Shown here: one piece after another, positions 38,028-47,115 of the stretch
How positions within the stretch are numbered: position 1 is the stretch's first letter
Layout: the number at the start of each line of letters is the position of its first letter
Assembly: GCA_900548725.1 (NCBI GenBank)
Contig: URLV01000003.1
Location: forward strand, 885 to 64,884
Length of the DNA stretch: 64,000 nt
From: an uncultured Mycoplasmatota bacterium
Lineage (GTDB): Bacteria; Bacillota_I; Bacilli_A; RF39; UBA660
Direction of reading: 5' to 3'
The notes under the pieces: generated by a model
The model's database searches: none
Seen by the model: the letters and a program-made list of their open reading frames with translations, nothing else
Told to the model about the DNA's origin: nothing
Translations under genes and position numbers: made by a program

Positions 38028-38963
38028 TTAACCGTCTAAATCTGTTCTTAAAGTTTCAAATTTTAAATTATTTCCATCTGAGACAACTTTTATTGTTCCA
38101 TCAATATCAGTTCTATATATCTTTATATTTTTTTTATTTAATTTATCAAGTGTTACTTCTTTAGGATGTTTATACGTATTATTTTTTCCAACTTCAATTA
38201 TTGCATATTGAGGATTAACTTTATCTAAAAATTTCTTTGTTGTACTATATTCTGAACCGTGATGTCCTATTTTTAGTACATCACTTTTAATATCTTCATT
38301 TAAAAGTTTTTTTTCTACTTTACTTGTTGCATCTCCCATAAACAAAAATTTATTATTTTGGTATGTAAGTTTTAATACAATTGATGTATTATTTAAATCT
38401 TTTTCATTTGTTCCAGTATATAATACTTTTATATTAATATTATTATAGTTAAATTCTTCATTAATTTTTGGAAATGTTATTTTATAATCTTTTTTTTCTA
38501 TAGAATCTAATACATTTTCAAATGTTTTTGAAGTTGATGTTGCATTTGGCATTAAAATAGTGTCTATGTCAAATGAATCTATCACATTGTCTAATCCTCC
38601 TATGTGATCTTCATGAGGATGAGTTCCAACTACCATATTAAATTTTTCTATATTTAAATCATTTTTTAAATAATTTACTAACTTTTCACCATCTTCGTTA
38701 TTTCCAGCATCTATCAAAATATTATTATCATTTTCTCTAATTAAAATAGAATCTGCTTGACCAACATCAAAATAATATACCTCCAAATTACTATTAGTTT
38801 TTAATATACTGACAGCTTTCTCATTATTATTTTCTTTATTATCTACTAGTTCTTTTTTTGTGTATGCTATTGATATTAATACTAGCAGCAAGACAATAAT
38901 AGTGTTTAAAATTTTATTTATTTTTTTCTTACTCATTTTATCTACCCTATAAAAGTATAACAT
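38028..38963 (-). CDS. Membrane-anchored MBL-fold metallo-hydrolase (ComEC C-terminal-domain-like)
   Basis: N-terminal TM, DVGQADSILI, the metal motif GTHPHEDHIGG, and a distal HHGS. Confidence 0.8.
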   Translation of the reverse strand: MLYFYRVDKMSKKKINKILNTIIVLLLVLISIAYTKKELVDNKENNNEKAVSILKTNSNLEVYYFDVGQADSILIRENDNNILIDAGNNEDGEKLVNYLKNDLNIEKFNMVVGTHPHEDHIGGLDNVIDSFDIDTILMPNATSTSKTFENVLDSIEKKDYKITFPKINEEFNYNNINIKVLYTGTNEKDLNNTSIVLKLTYQNNKFLFMGDATSKVEKKLLNEDIKSDVLKIGHHGSEYSTTKKFLDKVNPQYAIIEVGKNNTYKHPKEVTLDKLNKKNIKIYRTDIDGTIKVVSDGNNLKFETLRTDLDG

Positions 38964-38993
38964 ATTATTAAATTTAAAAAAACTTTATTTTTG

Positions 38994-39806
38994 TCATAAA
39001 GTTTTCTTTTTTAATTTTAATTCTTTTATTTTTTTATCTATTAAAACATCTTCTATTTTATGTAGTGTTGGTTCAAGTGTTTTAATTAAGTCATTATTCG
39101 AAGTTTCAAATGTTTTACCATCATTAAAAGATAATGTTAATTTACCATTACAAATTTTGTATTTGTCGATTGAATCTGTGTTTTTTGTTAAAAAATCTTT
39201 TGCAACTTTTACTACAATGTCATCTGAACTTAAGGCATCCAAGTTTTTTGTAAAACAATATAATGATTTTTTATTTGTTATTTTTTCTCTAAATAAAGTA
39301 CATCCAGTTCTTAAATTTGAATTATAAAAATATAAATTATCTATTATATTATTATTATATATTTTTGATAAATTAAATTTTATGATATTTAATAAATGAT
39401 TTTTTAAACTTTCATAATTAATACTTTTTTTGAATTCACTTAACATTTCTATCATTTCTTCATCATCATATGAAATAGGCAAATATATTTCTATTGATTT
39501 ATTATCTTGTAGGTGAATTTTAAGTACAGAAACATCTATTCCTTCAGAATTTATAGTTACTTCACTAGTTTCTGATACACTATATTTTGATAATAATTTT
39601 GTAATTATATGTGAATTAACTTGCTCTGGATTTGAATTAAATTTTTTAGATAAATAATTTATATAAAGGTTACTATATTTTTTATATTTTTCACTATCAT
39701 CATCGTTTACTATAACAATATTAAAATAACAATATCCATTATCATCAAAATCAGGCTCTATTACTACATTTTTAATGTTACTTAATACAATTTCTTCAAT
39801 ACTCAT
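38994..39806 (-). CDS. Hypothetical cytoplasmic protein
   Basis: Start placed at ATG 39806 (MSIEEIV...), preceded by AAGGGGGAA. No recognisable motif. Confidence 0.4.
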   Translation of the reverse strand: MSIEEIVLSNIKNVVIEPDFDDNGYCYFNIVIVNDDDSEKYKKYSNLYINYLSKKFNSNPEQVNSHIITKLLSKYSVSETSEVTINSEGIDVSVLKIHLQDNKSIEIYLPISYDDEEMIEMLSEFKKSINYESLKNHLLNIIKFNLSKIYNNNIIDNLYFYNSNLRTGCTLFREKITNKKSLYCFTKNLDALSSDDIVVKVAKDFLTKNTDSIDKYKICNGKLTLSFNDGKTFETSNNDLIKTLEPTLHKIEDVLIDKKIKELKLKKKTL

Positions 39807-39975
39807 GTTATATTTCCCCCTTAAGTATTTATACAATTATATTTTACTAAATAATTTCTATATATTCTACTATAAATTATGATTTTTAAATAAATTTTTA
39901 AATAAATTTTTAATAAAAATTCATACTATACATAGATTATAAATTATTGTATAATTAAAAAATAGGAATGGTTAT

Positions 39976-41994
39976 ATGAAAAAGATATTAAAAAAGTTTA
40001 AAAAATTAGATAAGAAATATAGGATAATGTTTTATATAATAAGTGTTTTATATTTAGTTTCTATTGCATTTATTAGTCAAGGTTTGTTGCTTTTAAAAAA
40101 TATTGAAACTGTTTTAAGAATAATATTCCTTATATTTATTTATTTAAGTTATTTTGGATATTTATTTATAAGTATATTGTTATTATTTAGTAAAAAAAAG
40201 AAGAGCTATATTATAAATAGTATATTTGTAAGCTTAATAAGTATTATTTTTATAATATTTAGTATATATCTTAATAAAACCTATAATATTGTTGATAGAA
40301 TGAGTAAAGATGTTGTTACTTATAGTAGTAGTTTAGTTGTGCTAAAGGATACTGAATTTAAAAATAATAGTAATTTTGTTGTTGGTATGATAAGTGATGA
40401 AAATGATATTGAAGGTCATATTCTTGCTAATAAGTTAGTAGATAAAAAGAAATTAGATAAAATTGATATTAAATATTATGATAATTATTTAGAGATGATT
40501 GGTGACTTATATAATAAAAGTATTAATGGAATTTTAGTTAGTACAGGATATGTTGTTAGTTTTTCTGGATATGATAATTATAATAATATTGGTAGTGAAA
40601 CTAAAATTGTTTATACGTATAAAGAAAAGAGAAAAAATATTAGTTTGAATAGTGGTAGTAGTAAAAAATTAACGGAACCTTTTACTATTTTACTACTTGG
40701 TGTAGATTCTGAAGTTGATGGTTTGAAAGCAAATCAAGCATTTAATGGTGATACTATGATGATGATTACTTTTAACCCTACTACTCTTAATACTACTGTG
40801 TTTAGTATTCCACGAGACACTTATGCTCCTATTGCTTGTAATGGTAAGAGAAGTAATAAAATAAATTCTAGTGCTGTAGGTGGTACTACTTGTGTTATAA
40901 ATACTTTAAAAGATTTAACTGGTATCGATATAGATTATTATGTTAAAATTAATTTTAAGGGTGTCGTAGATTTAGTTGAAGCTTTAGATGGAATTGAAGT
41001 TGATGTACCTGTTGATTTCTGTGAACAAGATTCTAATAGAGAATTTGGAGAACATGAAATATGTCTTAAAAAAGGTGTTCAAACTTTAAATGGAGAAGCG
41101 GCGTTGGCATTATCTCGACATAGGCATTCTTTACCGCTTGGTGATTTTCAAAGAGTTCAACATCAGCAATTAGTTGTCGAAGCTATAGCTAAAAAAGTAA
41201 AGAATATAAGAAGTGTTAATAAATTTTATGAAGTACTTGATGCAATTAGTAAAAACATTGAAACTAATGTTAGTACTGATGAAATGCTAAATTTATATAA
41301 CGTTGGTAAAAAGATGCTTTTAGAAAATGATGCAAATATTAATATTGAAAAAACATATTTAACTGGTTATGATTTAACAATGTTAATTCCTGGATTGGGA
41401 AATGTTTATACTTTCCAATATTATCCTGAAAGTTTAAATGAAATTGTTAAAGCTATGAAAGTCAATTTAGGTTTAGAAGAGCCTACTATGATTAAAACAT
41501 TTAATTTTAGTGCTAATTATACTTATGAAGTTCCTGTTATCGGTAAACAATATTATAGTGTTAAAAGAAATGAAGCTTTACCTAGTTTTGTTGGAAGTAG
41601 TTTAGAATACTTAAATACTTGGGCTAATGCAAGAGGTATTACAGTTAATACAAATTATGTTACCGAGGGTATGAATGGTTATGATGAAAGTAAAAATGGT
41701 ATTATAATAAGTCAAAGTGTTAGTAAAGGTACATTAGTAAGTGAAGTTAAAAATATTACTGTTAGCGTTGTTAAATCTTCTAAAAGTGAAAATAATGAGG
41801 AAGAAACAAAAAATACTGTAAGTATTAGTGAAGACAATAAAGAAAATGTTAATGATACTAGCAATAATGATGAGAATGATGAAGATAATAATTCTAATGG
41901 TGATGATAACAAAAATAATGATGTTATTGAGAATGAAAATGAAACCCCTACTACTAGTAATAGTGAAGATAATCAATCTTTTGAAGCAAATTAA
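39976..41994 (+). CDS. LytR-CpsA-Psr (LCP) family cell-wall glycopolymer transferase with extra C-terminal domain and acidic tail
   Basis: N-terminal TM bundle. LCP core is FTILLLGVDS...DTMMMITFNP...SIPRDTY...KINS...LSRHRH. A PASTA-like segment and an Asn/Asp/Glu-rich low-complexity tail follow. Confidence 0.8.
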   Translation: MKKILKKFKKLDKKYRIMFYIISVLYLVSIAFISQGLLLLKNIETVLRIIFLIFIYLSYFGYLFISILLLFSKKKKSYIINSIFVSLISIIFIIFSIYLNKTYNIVDRMSKDVVTYSSSLVVLKDTEFKNNSNFVVGMISDENDIEGHILANKLVDKKKLDKIDIKYYDNYLEMIGDLYNKSINGILVSTGYVVSFSGYDNYNNIGSETKIVYTYKEKRKNISLNSGSSKKLTEPFTILLLGVDSEVDGLKANQAFNGDTMMMITFNPTTLNTTVFSIPRDTYAPIACNGKRSNKINSSAVGGTTCVINTLKDLTGIDIDYYVKINFKGVVDLVEALDGIEVDVPVDFCEQDSNREFGEHEICLKKGVQTLNGEAALALSRHRHSLPLGDFQRVQHQQLVVEAIAKKVKNIRSVNKFYEVLDAISKNIETNVSTDEMLNLYNVGKKMLLENDANINIEKTYLTGYDLTMLIPGLGNVYTFQYYPESLNEIVKAMKVNLGLEEPTMIKTFNFSANYTYEVPVIGKQYYSVKRNEALPSFVGSSLEYLNTWANARGITVNTNYVTEGMNGYDESKNGIIISQSVSKGTLVSEVKNITVSVVKSSKSENNEEETKNTVSISEDNKENVNDTSNNDENDEDNNSNGDDNKNNDVIENENETPTTSNSEDNQSFEAN

Positions 41995-41995
41995 A

Positions 41996-42033
41996 AAAGA
42001 CTTTAGTTTTTTAATTATTAAAGTCTTTTTTTT
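41996..42033. terminator. Bidirectional terminator between the convergent LCP and DUF4282-like genes
   Basis: AAAGACTTTA (41996-42005) and TAAAGTCTTT (42019-42028) form a perfect 10-bp stem, with an A-run before and a T-run after. Confidence 0.7.
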
Positions 42034-42589
42034 ATATTGTTTTTGGAGTTGTTTCTTCTTTATCCTTTTTTTCGATTTTTTCTTCTTTACTAATTTTTTC
42101 TACTTTTTTTATTTCATCTTTTTTATCATGTTTCTTTTCTTCTTTTATTAATGTTGGTTTAGTATTTGTTTTTTTTAACGAATCTTTTATTTCAGAAACA
42201 TCTTTGAATAATTTTAAAACTAATAATAATAATTCAAATGTTAGACGGGCTAATATGTTTCCAAATACTAAAGTTCCTATAAATTCAAAAAAGTTAGTTG
42301 TAATATATGAAAATGAAGCTAATGTTATTGCAATTGCAACTATTAAATATAAAACTCTAAATATTGGTTCTATGATAGTTGTTTTAAAATTTATAAAATC
42401 ATATATTTTCTTTTTGTAACCTGTGTATGCTCCTTCTTTGTCTTTTCCAAAATAATTAGTAAATAAGAATACTCCTCCTATTACAGCAAGTAATATACTT
42501 ATTATTACCCATACTTCTGATATTGAGAATGATTTTGCTGTATTAGTTATTGTATCTGTTATTGCCTTTTCTGTATCATATTGTGGCAT
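42032..42589 (-). CDS. DUF4282-like small membrane protein with Lys/Glu-rich C-terminal tail
   Basis: FINFKTTIIEPIFRVLYLIVAIAITL...GNILARLTFELLLLVLKLFKDV resembles the DUF4282 signature. It has 3 hydrophobic segments and a KEEKKHDKKDEIKK... tail. ATG 42589 is preferred over GTG 42598. Confidence 0.55.
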   Translation of the reverse strand: MPQYDTEKAITDTITNTAKSFSISEVWVIISILLAVIGGVFLFTNYFGKDKEGAYTGYKKKIYDFINFKTTIIEPIFRVLYLIVAIAITLASFSYITTNFFEFIGTLVFGNILARLTFELLLLVLKLFKDVSEIKDSLKKTNTKPTLIKEEKKHDKKDEIKKVEKISKEEKIEKKDKEETTPKTI

Positions 42590-42611
42590 TTTAATCACAT
42601 CCTTCTTTTAG

Positions 42612-42640
42612 AATATAGCACTGTGTTGTGAAATTTTCAA
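42612..42640 (-). promoter_or_regulatory. Sigma-A-type promoter in the TIR/DUF4282 intergenic spacer
   Basis: Minus strand reads TTGAAA (42640-42635), an exact 17-nt spacer, then TATATT (42617-42612). Confidence 0.5.
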
Positions 42641-42669
42641 GAAATTTTGTTAAATAAGATGTATGGGGT

Positions 42670-43410
42670 TTACATTTTTTCATATTTTCTAATTGTTTCT
42701 ATTAATTCATTTAGACCTTCATTATAGTTTCTACTAAAATCAATATATTTTTTTGTTTGTAATATTTTAGGTATTTTACAATCCTCTATTTTAATTGGTA
42801 TTATTTTTATTTTATTACTGTTGACTTCATCCCATAATATTGATTCCCACTCTTTTGTTACCCAATTTGATTTTACAGAATTTTTTGATAAAAATAGTAA
42901 AATGTAATCACACTCTTCTAATCCTTCATTTATTTTTTTTATGATAGATTCACCTGGCAATATGTCAAAAGCATCTACCCAAGTATTTATATTTTTTTTA
43001 TGCAAATCTAATGCAATTGAAATTACTACTGATTTATCTAAAGAAGAATGTGACAAAAACAATTTTTTATTACTTATTTTGCTAGTATCGATATAATTTT
43101 CAAGACTACTGTTTAGTACATTATCAATTAAAAATTTTTCTTCTAATAAATTTAGTCTTTGATGTTCGGTTATCTTACTCCATAATTCTTTTATTATTTC
43201 TTTTTTTCTTTTATTTAAATCATCTATCGTATAATCATTAGTAATATATTCTTGATTTATTAAGCAATAATTTGCATTATCAAACATTTCACCAAAGTAT
43301 ATTATTGATTTATTATCCTCATCATCGTCGTAGTATCCAAACCTTCCTTTATATTTTCCTTTTATTATTTTTATTATTCCATATTCTCCTATACATAAAT
43401 TTTCTTCCAT
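42670..43410 (-). CDS. TIR-domain protein with an unrecognised ~115-aa N-terminal domain
   Basis: The C-terminal ~130 aa are KKLFLSHSSLDKSVVISIALDLHKKNINTWVDAFDILPGESIIKKINEGLEECDYILLFLSKNSVKSNWVTKEWESILWDE...IIPIKIEDCKIPKILQTKKYIDF. This is the bacterial TIR_2 pattern (F-[IL]-S-[HY], G..W....I, S..W...E, IIP, IDF). Confidence 0.75.
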   Translation of the reverse strand: MEENLCIGEYGIIKIIKGKYKGRFGYYDDDEDNKSIIYFGEMFDNANYCLINQEYITNDYTIDDLNKRKKEIIKELWSKITEHQRLNLLEEKFLIDNVLNSSLENYIDTSKISNKKLFLSHSSLDKSVVISIALDLHKKNINTWVDAFDILPGESIIKKINEGLEECDYILLFLSKNSVKSNWVTKEWESILWDEVNSNKIKIIPIKIEDCKIPKILQTKKYIDFSRNYNEGLNELIETIRKYEKM

Positions 43411-43530
43411 ACAATATTCTCCTTACATTTAATATTATAATAGCTTTATTTTTTATTATCAATCAATTGTTAACTAAATAAAAAAATCACACTATAATTA
43501 ATTTAACATAAAATATTTTAGGTGATTAAA

Positions 43531-45063
43531 ATGAACTATACAAGAGCTTTAAAAGGTATTGTTATTGATGCTGGACATGGAGGAGAAGATCAAGGAGCTT
43601 CAGGTAATGGTATAATTGAAAAAAATTTAACTTTAGAAATTAGTAAATATATGTATGATAGATTTAAAGAGTTAGGTATACCAGTAGCATTAACTCGTGA
43701 TAATGATATAACTTTAACTAGCGATGATAGACCGGGTGTAGCTTTATCAAAGTTTGGAAATGATAAAGATGTATTAATTATATCTAATCACATAAATGCA
43801 GGAGGTGCCGAAGGTGCTGAAGTAATTTATGCTCTTAGAAACAATGACAAATTTGCTAGTAAAATATTAAATGCGCTATCTGAAAAAGGACAATTAGTAA
43901 GAAAATATTATCAACGTAGATTACCAAGAGATACATCAAAAGACTATTATTATATGTTAAGAAATACTCCAAATGCAGAAACTGTAATAGTTGAATATGG
44001 ATTTTTAGATAATGCAAAAGACGCAGAAAAATTAAAAAACAATTATAAAGATTATGCTGAAGCAGTCATAGAAGCCGTTTTAGATTATAAAAACATTCCA
44101 TATGAACAAACTGGATACTATATAGTAAAAAAAGGTGATTCATTATGGAGTATTGCAAATAAATATGGTACTAATGTTAATGAATTGAAAAAATTAAATA
44201 ACCTAACTTCAAATTCATTATCAATAGGACAAAAAATTAAATTACCAACAAATGATAACACAACCGAAATACCAACTCCAACACCATCAACATCAAATAC
44301 ATACACTGTAAAAAAAGGTGATTCGCTTTATAGCATCGCAAAAAAATATGTTACTACCGTAGATAAGTTAAAAACAACAAACAATTTAACTTCTAACAAT
44401 TTATCAATTGGTCAAGTTTTAAAAATACCTGGAACAAGTACAGAATTGCCAAATACTCATACTGTTTCGAAAGGAGAAACTTTATATGGTATAGCATCAA
44501 AATACGGTGTTTCAGTAGATGATATAAAGAAATTAAATAATTTGACTTCTAATACACTTAATATTGGACAAGTACTACTTTTACCAGGTACAACTGAAGA
44601 AAATACTGTGAATACTTATACAGTAAAAAAGGGTGATACACTATATGGAATTGCTTCTAAATATAATTTAACAGCAGATGAATTAAAAAAATTAAATAAT
44701 TTAACTTCAAATACATTATCAATAGGACAAACTTTAAAAATAAGAAAAAGTGAATCAGATTTTATTACTGAAGAATATGATTTTTATACAGTAAAAGAAG
44801 GAGATACATTGTTCAGCATTGCAAATAAATATGATACAACAACAGATAAAATAAAATCATTGAATAATTTAACTTCAGATACTTTATCTATAGGACAATT
44901 AATAAAAATACCAGCATCTACATCCAATGTTTATATAGTAAAAAAAGGTGATACATTATGGAGCATTGCAAAAGACAACAATACAACTGTTGATAAAATA
45001 AAAGAATTAAATAATTTAATAAATAATTCATTAACTATTGGGCAACAGTTATTGCTTAATTAA
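43531..45063 (+). CDS. N-acetylmuramoyl-L-alanine amidase (Amidase_3) with six LysM repeats
   Basis: Catalytic core is VIDAGHGGEDQGA...ISNHINAG...EYGFLDN. Six copies of Y.VKKGD[ST]L[WY].IA.KY....D.[IL]K.LNNLTSN.L.IGQ.L follow. ATG 43531 is preceded by AGGTGA. Confidence 0.9.
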   Translation: MNYTRALKGIVIDAGHGGEDQGASGNGIIEKNLTLEISKYMYDRFKELGIPVALTRDNDITLTSDDRPGVALSKFGNDKDVLIISNHINAGGAEGAEVIYALRNNDKFASKILNALSEKGQLVRKYYQRRLPRDTSKDYYYMLRNTPNAETVIVEYGFLDNAKDAEKLKNNYKDYAEAVIEAVLDYKNIPYEQTGYYIVKKGDSLWSIANKYGTNVNELKKLNNLTSNSLSIGQKIKLPTNDNTTEIPTPTPSTSNTYTVKKGDSLYSIAKKYVTTVDKLKTTNNLTSNNLSIGQVLKIPGTSTELPNTHTVSKGETLYGIASKYGVSVDDIKKLNNLTSNTLNIGQVLLLPGTTEENTVNTYTVKKGDTLYGIASKYNLTADELKKLNNLTSNTLSIGQTLKIRKSESDFITEEYDFYTVKEGDTLFSIANKYDTTTDKIKSLNNLTSDTLSIGQLIKIPASTSNVYIVKKGDTLWSIAKDNNTTVDKIKELNNLINNSLTIGQQLLLN

Positions 45064-45076
45064 AAAATTATGTAGT

Positions 45077-45105
45077 TATAGAATATATTTCTATATAATT
45101 TTTTT
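45077..45105 (+). terminator. Probable terminator after the LysM amidase gene
   Basis: TATAGAA tatat TTCTATA form a 7-bp stem, followed by taa then T7. Confidence 0.45.
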
Positions 45106-45331
45106 ATTTGTCTGAGTGTGTAAGGTGTTCTATGTAAATGGAATCTAATCACTATAACTCTTTTTTATGTCTACTTTTTTACTATCAATATTATATTTTA
45201 ATACTATCAACATAACATCATACTAAAAAAACTTATTTATTTCGAGTATATCAATATTCTTTCATTCTTATTTAAAAAGATATAGAACTGTATATATAGC
45301 CTCACTTCTAATAACATTATATCATTAAATT

Positions 45332-45354
45332 AAAAAAGATACATTAACTGTACC
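45332..45354 (-). terminator. Terminator after the Cys-rich ORF
   Basis: Minus strand has GGTACA gttaa TGTATC followed by T6, directly after the stop at 45355. Confidence 0.5.
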
Positions 45355-45752
45355 TTAATTTACTAAAGAACCGTAACATAATCCATCTTTATATTTGAAT
45401 CCATTAGGATATTCATTACTTGATGATTTATTTTCGTAATCATTTATACAATTTTCATCTGTTAAATAGTTTGTTTCATCACATCCAGGATAATAACATT
45501 TACCATCTATTTCATTTAAATATCCACATAATCCTGGAGATACATAACTGTTTTTATCATAACAATCTCCATCAATATAAACTGCATTATTTGAACATTT
45601 ATTATTTTCAACTACTTTTGTTGTTATTATAGGTTTAGTAATTTTAGAATTTACTTCATTACTAGAATTATTTGTTTTAATATTAGTAGATTTTATTGGT
45701 GTAGATTATTTGTCCAATTTAATATATCAAAATTTTTTTCGTTGTTTTCCAT
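45355..45752 (-). pseudogene. Frameshifted gene: 19-codon start ORF (45693-45752) plus start-less 116-codon Cys-rich ORF (45355-45705)
   Basis: SD GGAAAGG plus ATG 45752 gives MENNEKNFDILNWTNNLHQ*. The -1 frame, open from 45705, reads STPIKSTNIKTNNSSNEVNSKITKPIITTKVVENNKCSNNAVYIDGDCYDKNSYVSPGLCGYLNEIDGKCYYPGCDETNYLTDENCINDYENKSSSNEYPNGFKYKDGLCYGSLVN*. It has 7 Cys and no ATG/GTG/TTG, which is why it is missing from the track. Confidence 0.45.
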
Positions 45753-45813
45753 TTTACCTTTCCTATTCTAATATACTAAAAAATATAATTTTTATATGCC
45801 ATTTATATTTTTT

Positions 45814-46011
45814 TTATTTCTTTTCATTTTTTGATATAGATGCAACTGAAATAATTATTCCTAATAAATTTAATCCTATACTAATACCTAGTAATAATCC
45901 TGATATGAAATCATTAAGATTAGTATAATTTTTACTTAAATAACTTTGTAAAAAATATAAAACCTCACCTACTATTATTAATATAATTCCTATTTTTGTT
46001 TGTTTTTTCAT
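45814..46011 (-). CDS. Small two-TM membrane protein
   Basis: 65 aa with SD AAGGAG upstream and two hydrophobic helices. Confidence 0.5.
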   Translation of the reverse strand: MKKQTKIGIILIIVGEVLYFLQSYLSKNYTNLNDFISGLLLGISIGLNLLGIIISVASISKNEKK

Positions 46012-46055
46012 ATATATTCTCCTTGATTAATTATATCTTATTAAAATAAAAAATA

Positions 46056-46244
46056 CTAGAATTTTCTAGTATTATTTGAAAGAGTTTTTCTTTTTATATC
46101 ATTTTCTAAAATATTTAATTCTCTTTCTTTAAGTTCATTTTGTTTTTCAATAGCAATAGCAAGTCTTTTCATTATTTCAGAACTTTTATTAAGTCTATCT
46201 ATTGAATATCTTAAGCTTACCATTACATCTGTTTCGTATGACAT
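46056..46244 (-). CDS. Small coiled-coil protein, unknown function
   Basis: 62 aa with a strong SD AAAGGGGGA. First gene after a near-consensus promoter. Confidence 0.5.
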   Translation of the reverse strand: MSYETDVMVSLRYSIDRLNKSSEIMKRLAIAIEKQNELKERELNILENDIKRKTLSNNTRKF

Positions 46245-46269
46245 ATAGTATCCCCCTTTGGTAAAAAGT

Positions 46270-46297
46270 ATTATAGCATATGTTTTTTTATTGTCAA
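46270..46297 (-). promoter_or_regulatory. Near-consensus sigma-A promoter of the small-protein cassette
   Basis: Minus strand reads TTGACA (46297-46292), a 16-nt spacer, then TGcTATAAT (-10 at 46275-46270). Confidence 0.6.
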
Positions 46298-46338
46298 GAA
46301 AATATTAATAAATAAAAAGAACTTGTATATACTAATTC

Positions 46339-47115
46339 TTATGAACCTGCACTTGTATATTTTTTTATGCCTTTTTTAAATAAATATAGAGATGGTATAA
46401 GATATAATAAAACTAATAGAGGTGTAAAGCAATATAATTTATTATTACTTTTACCTACTAAATATAGTAGTGGATAATAATTTATACATGCATATGGAAT
46501 AAGATAAGTAAATATAAATCTAAAATATTTATTAAATATTCCTATTGGATATTGTGCTACATGTTTTCCACCATCTGTAAATAAATTTCTAACTTCTAAA
46601 CCTTGTACTGTAATAAAACAATAAGAAGCCATAATTAAGAATATAGAAAAGAATATAAAAATAGAAGACAATAACATTAAAATTAGAGTTATTACTTTTA
46701 AAATATTATAATTTATATTTAAATTTATTAAAGATATAAATAGTATTACAATAGCTTGTATTATTCTTGATATTTTAACAAAGTCTATTTCTGATGCAAT
46801 ACTTTGTATTAATATACTTTGTGGTCTTAGAAGTATTCTATCAAAAGTTCCATTTATGATTAAGTTATCAAATTGATCTATTCCTCTTGCGAAAACTTCA
46901 TTCATACTAAACCCGAATTGTACAATACTGAAGCATAATAATACTTCGTATAAAGTAAATCCTTTTATGTTATTAAATTTTGTAAATAAAGCAATAATTA
47001 TAAAATAATATGTAAATACTACAAATATTTGTGATATAAATCCTATTATGAATGATTTTTTATATTCTAATAAAGATGTTAAATGCATTTTAAATAAACT
47101 AAAATATGTTTTCAT
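46339..47115 (-). CDS. ABC-2 family transporter permease (ABC2_membrane_6/DUF990-like)
   Basis: 258 aa with 6 TM segments. It is a paralogue of the adjacent permease and is translationally coupled to it (ATGA overlap). Confidence 0.65.
   Translation of the reverse strand: MKTYFSLFKMHLTSLLEYKKSFIIGFISQIFVVFTYYFIIIALFTKFNNIKGFTLYEVLLCFSIVQFGFSMNEVFARGIDQFDNLIINGTFDRILLRPQSILIQSIASEIDFVKISRIIQAIVILFISLINLNINYNILKVITLILMLLSSIFIFFSIFLIMASYCFITVQGLEVRNLFTDGGKHVAQYPIGIFNKYFRFIFTYLIPYACINYYPLLYLVGKSNNKLYCFTPLLVLLYLIPSLYLFKKGIKKYTSAGS

Noticed and set aside
41790-41994. Apparent DNA repeats in the LCP tail (and poly-Thr tracts at 26255-26310 and 28747-28790) as tandem-repeat or contingency loci.
   Set aside because: They are compositional low-complexity coding stretches (Asn/Asp/Glu or Thr linkers) built from mixed codons. 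They are not exact unit repeats or homopolymers, so slippage-based switching is not supported.
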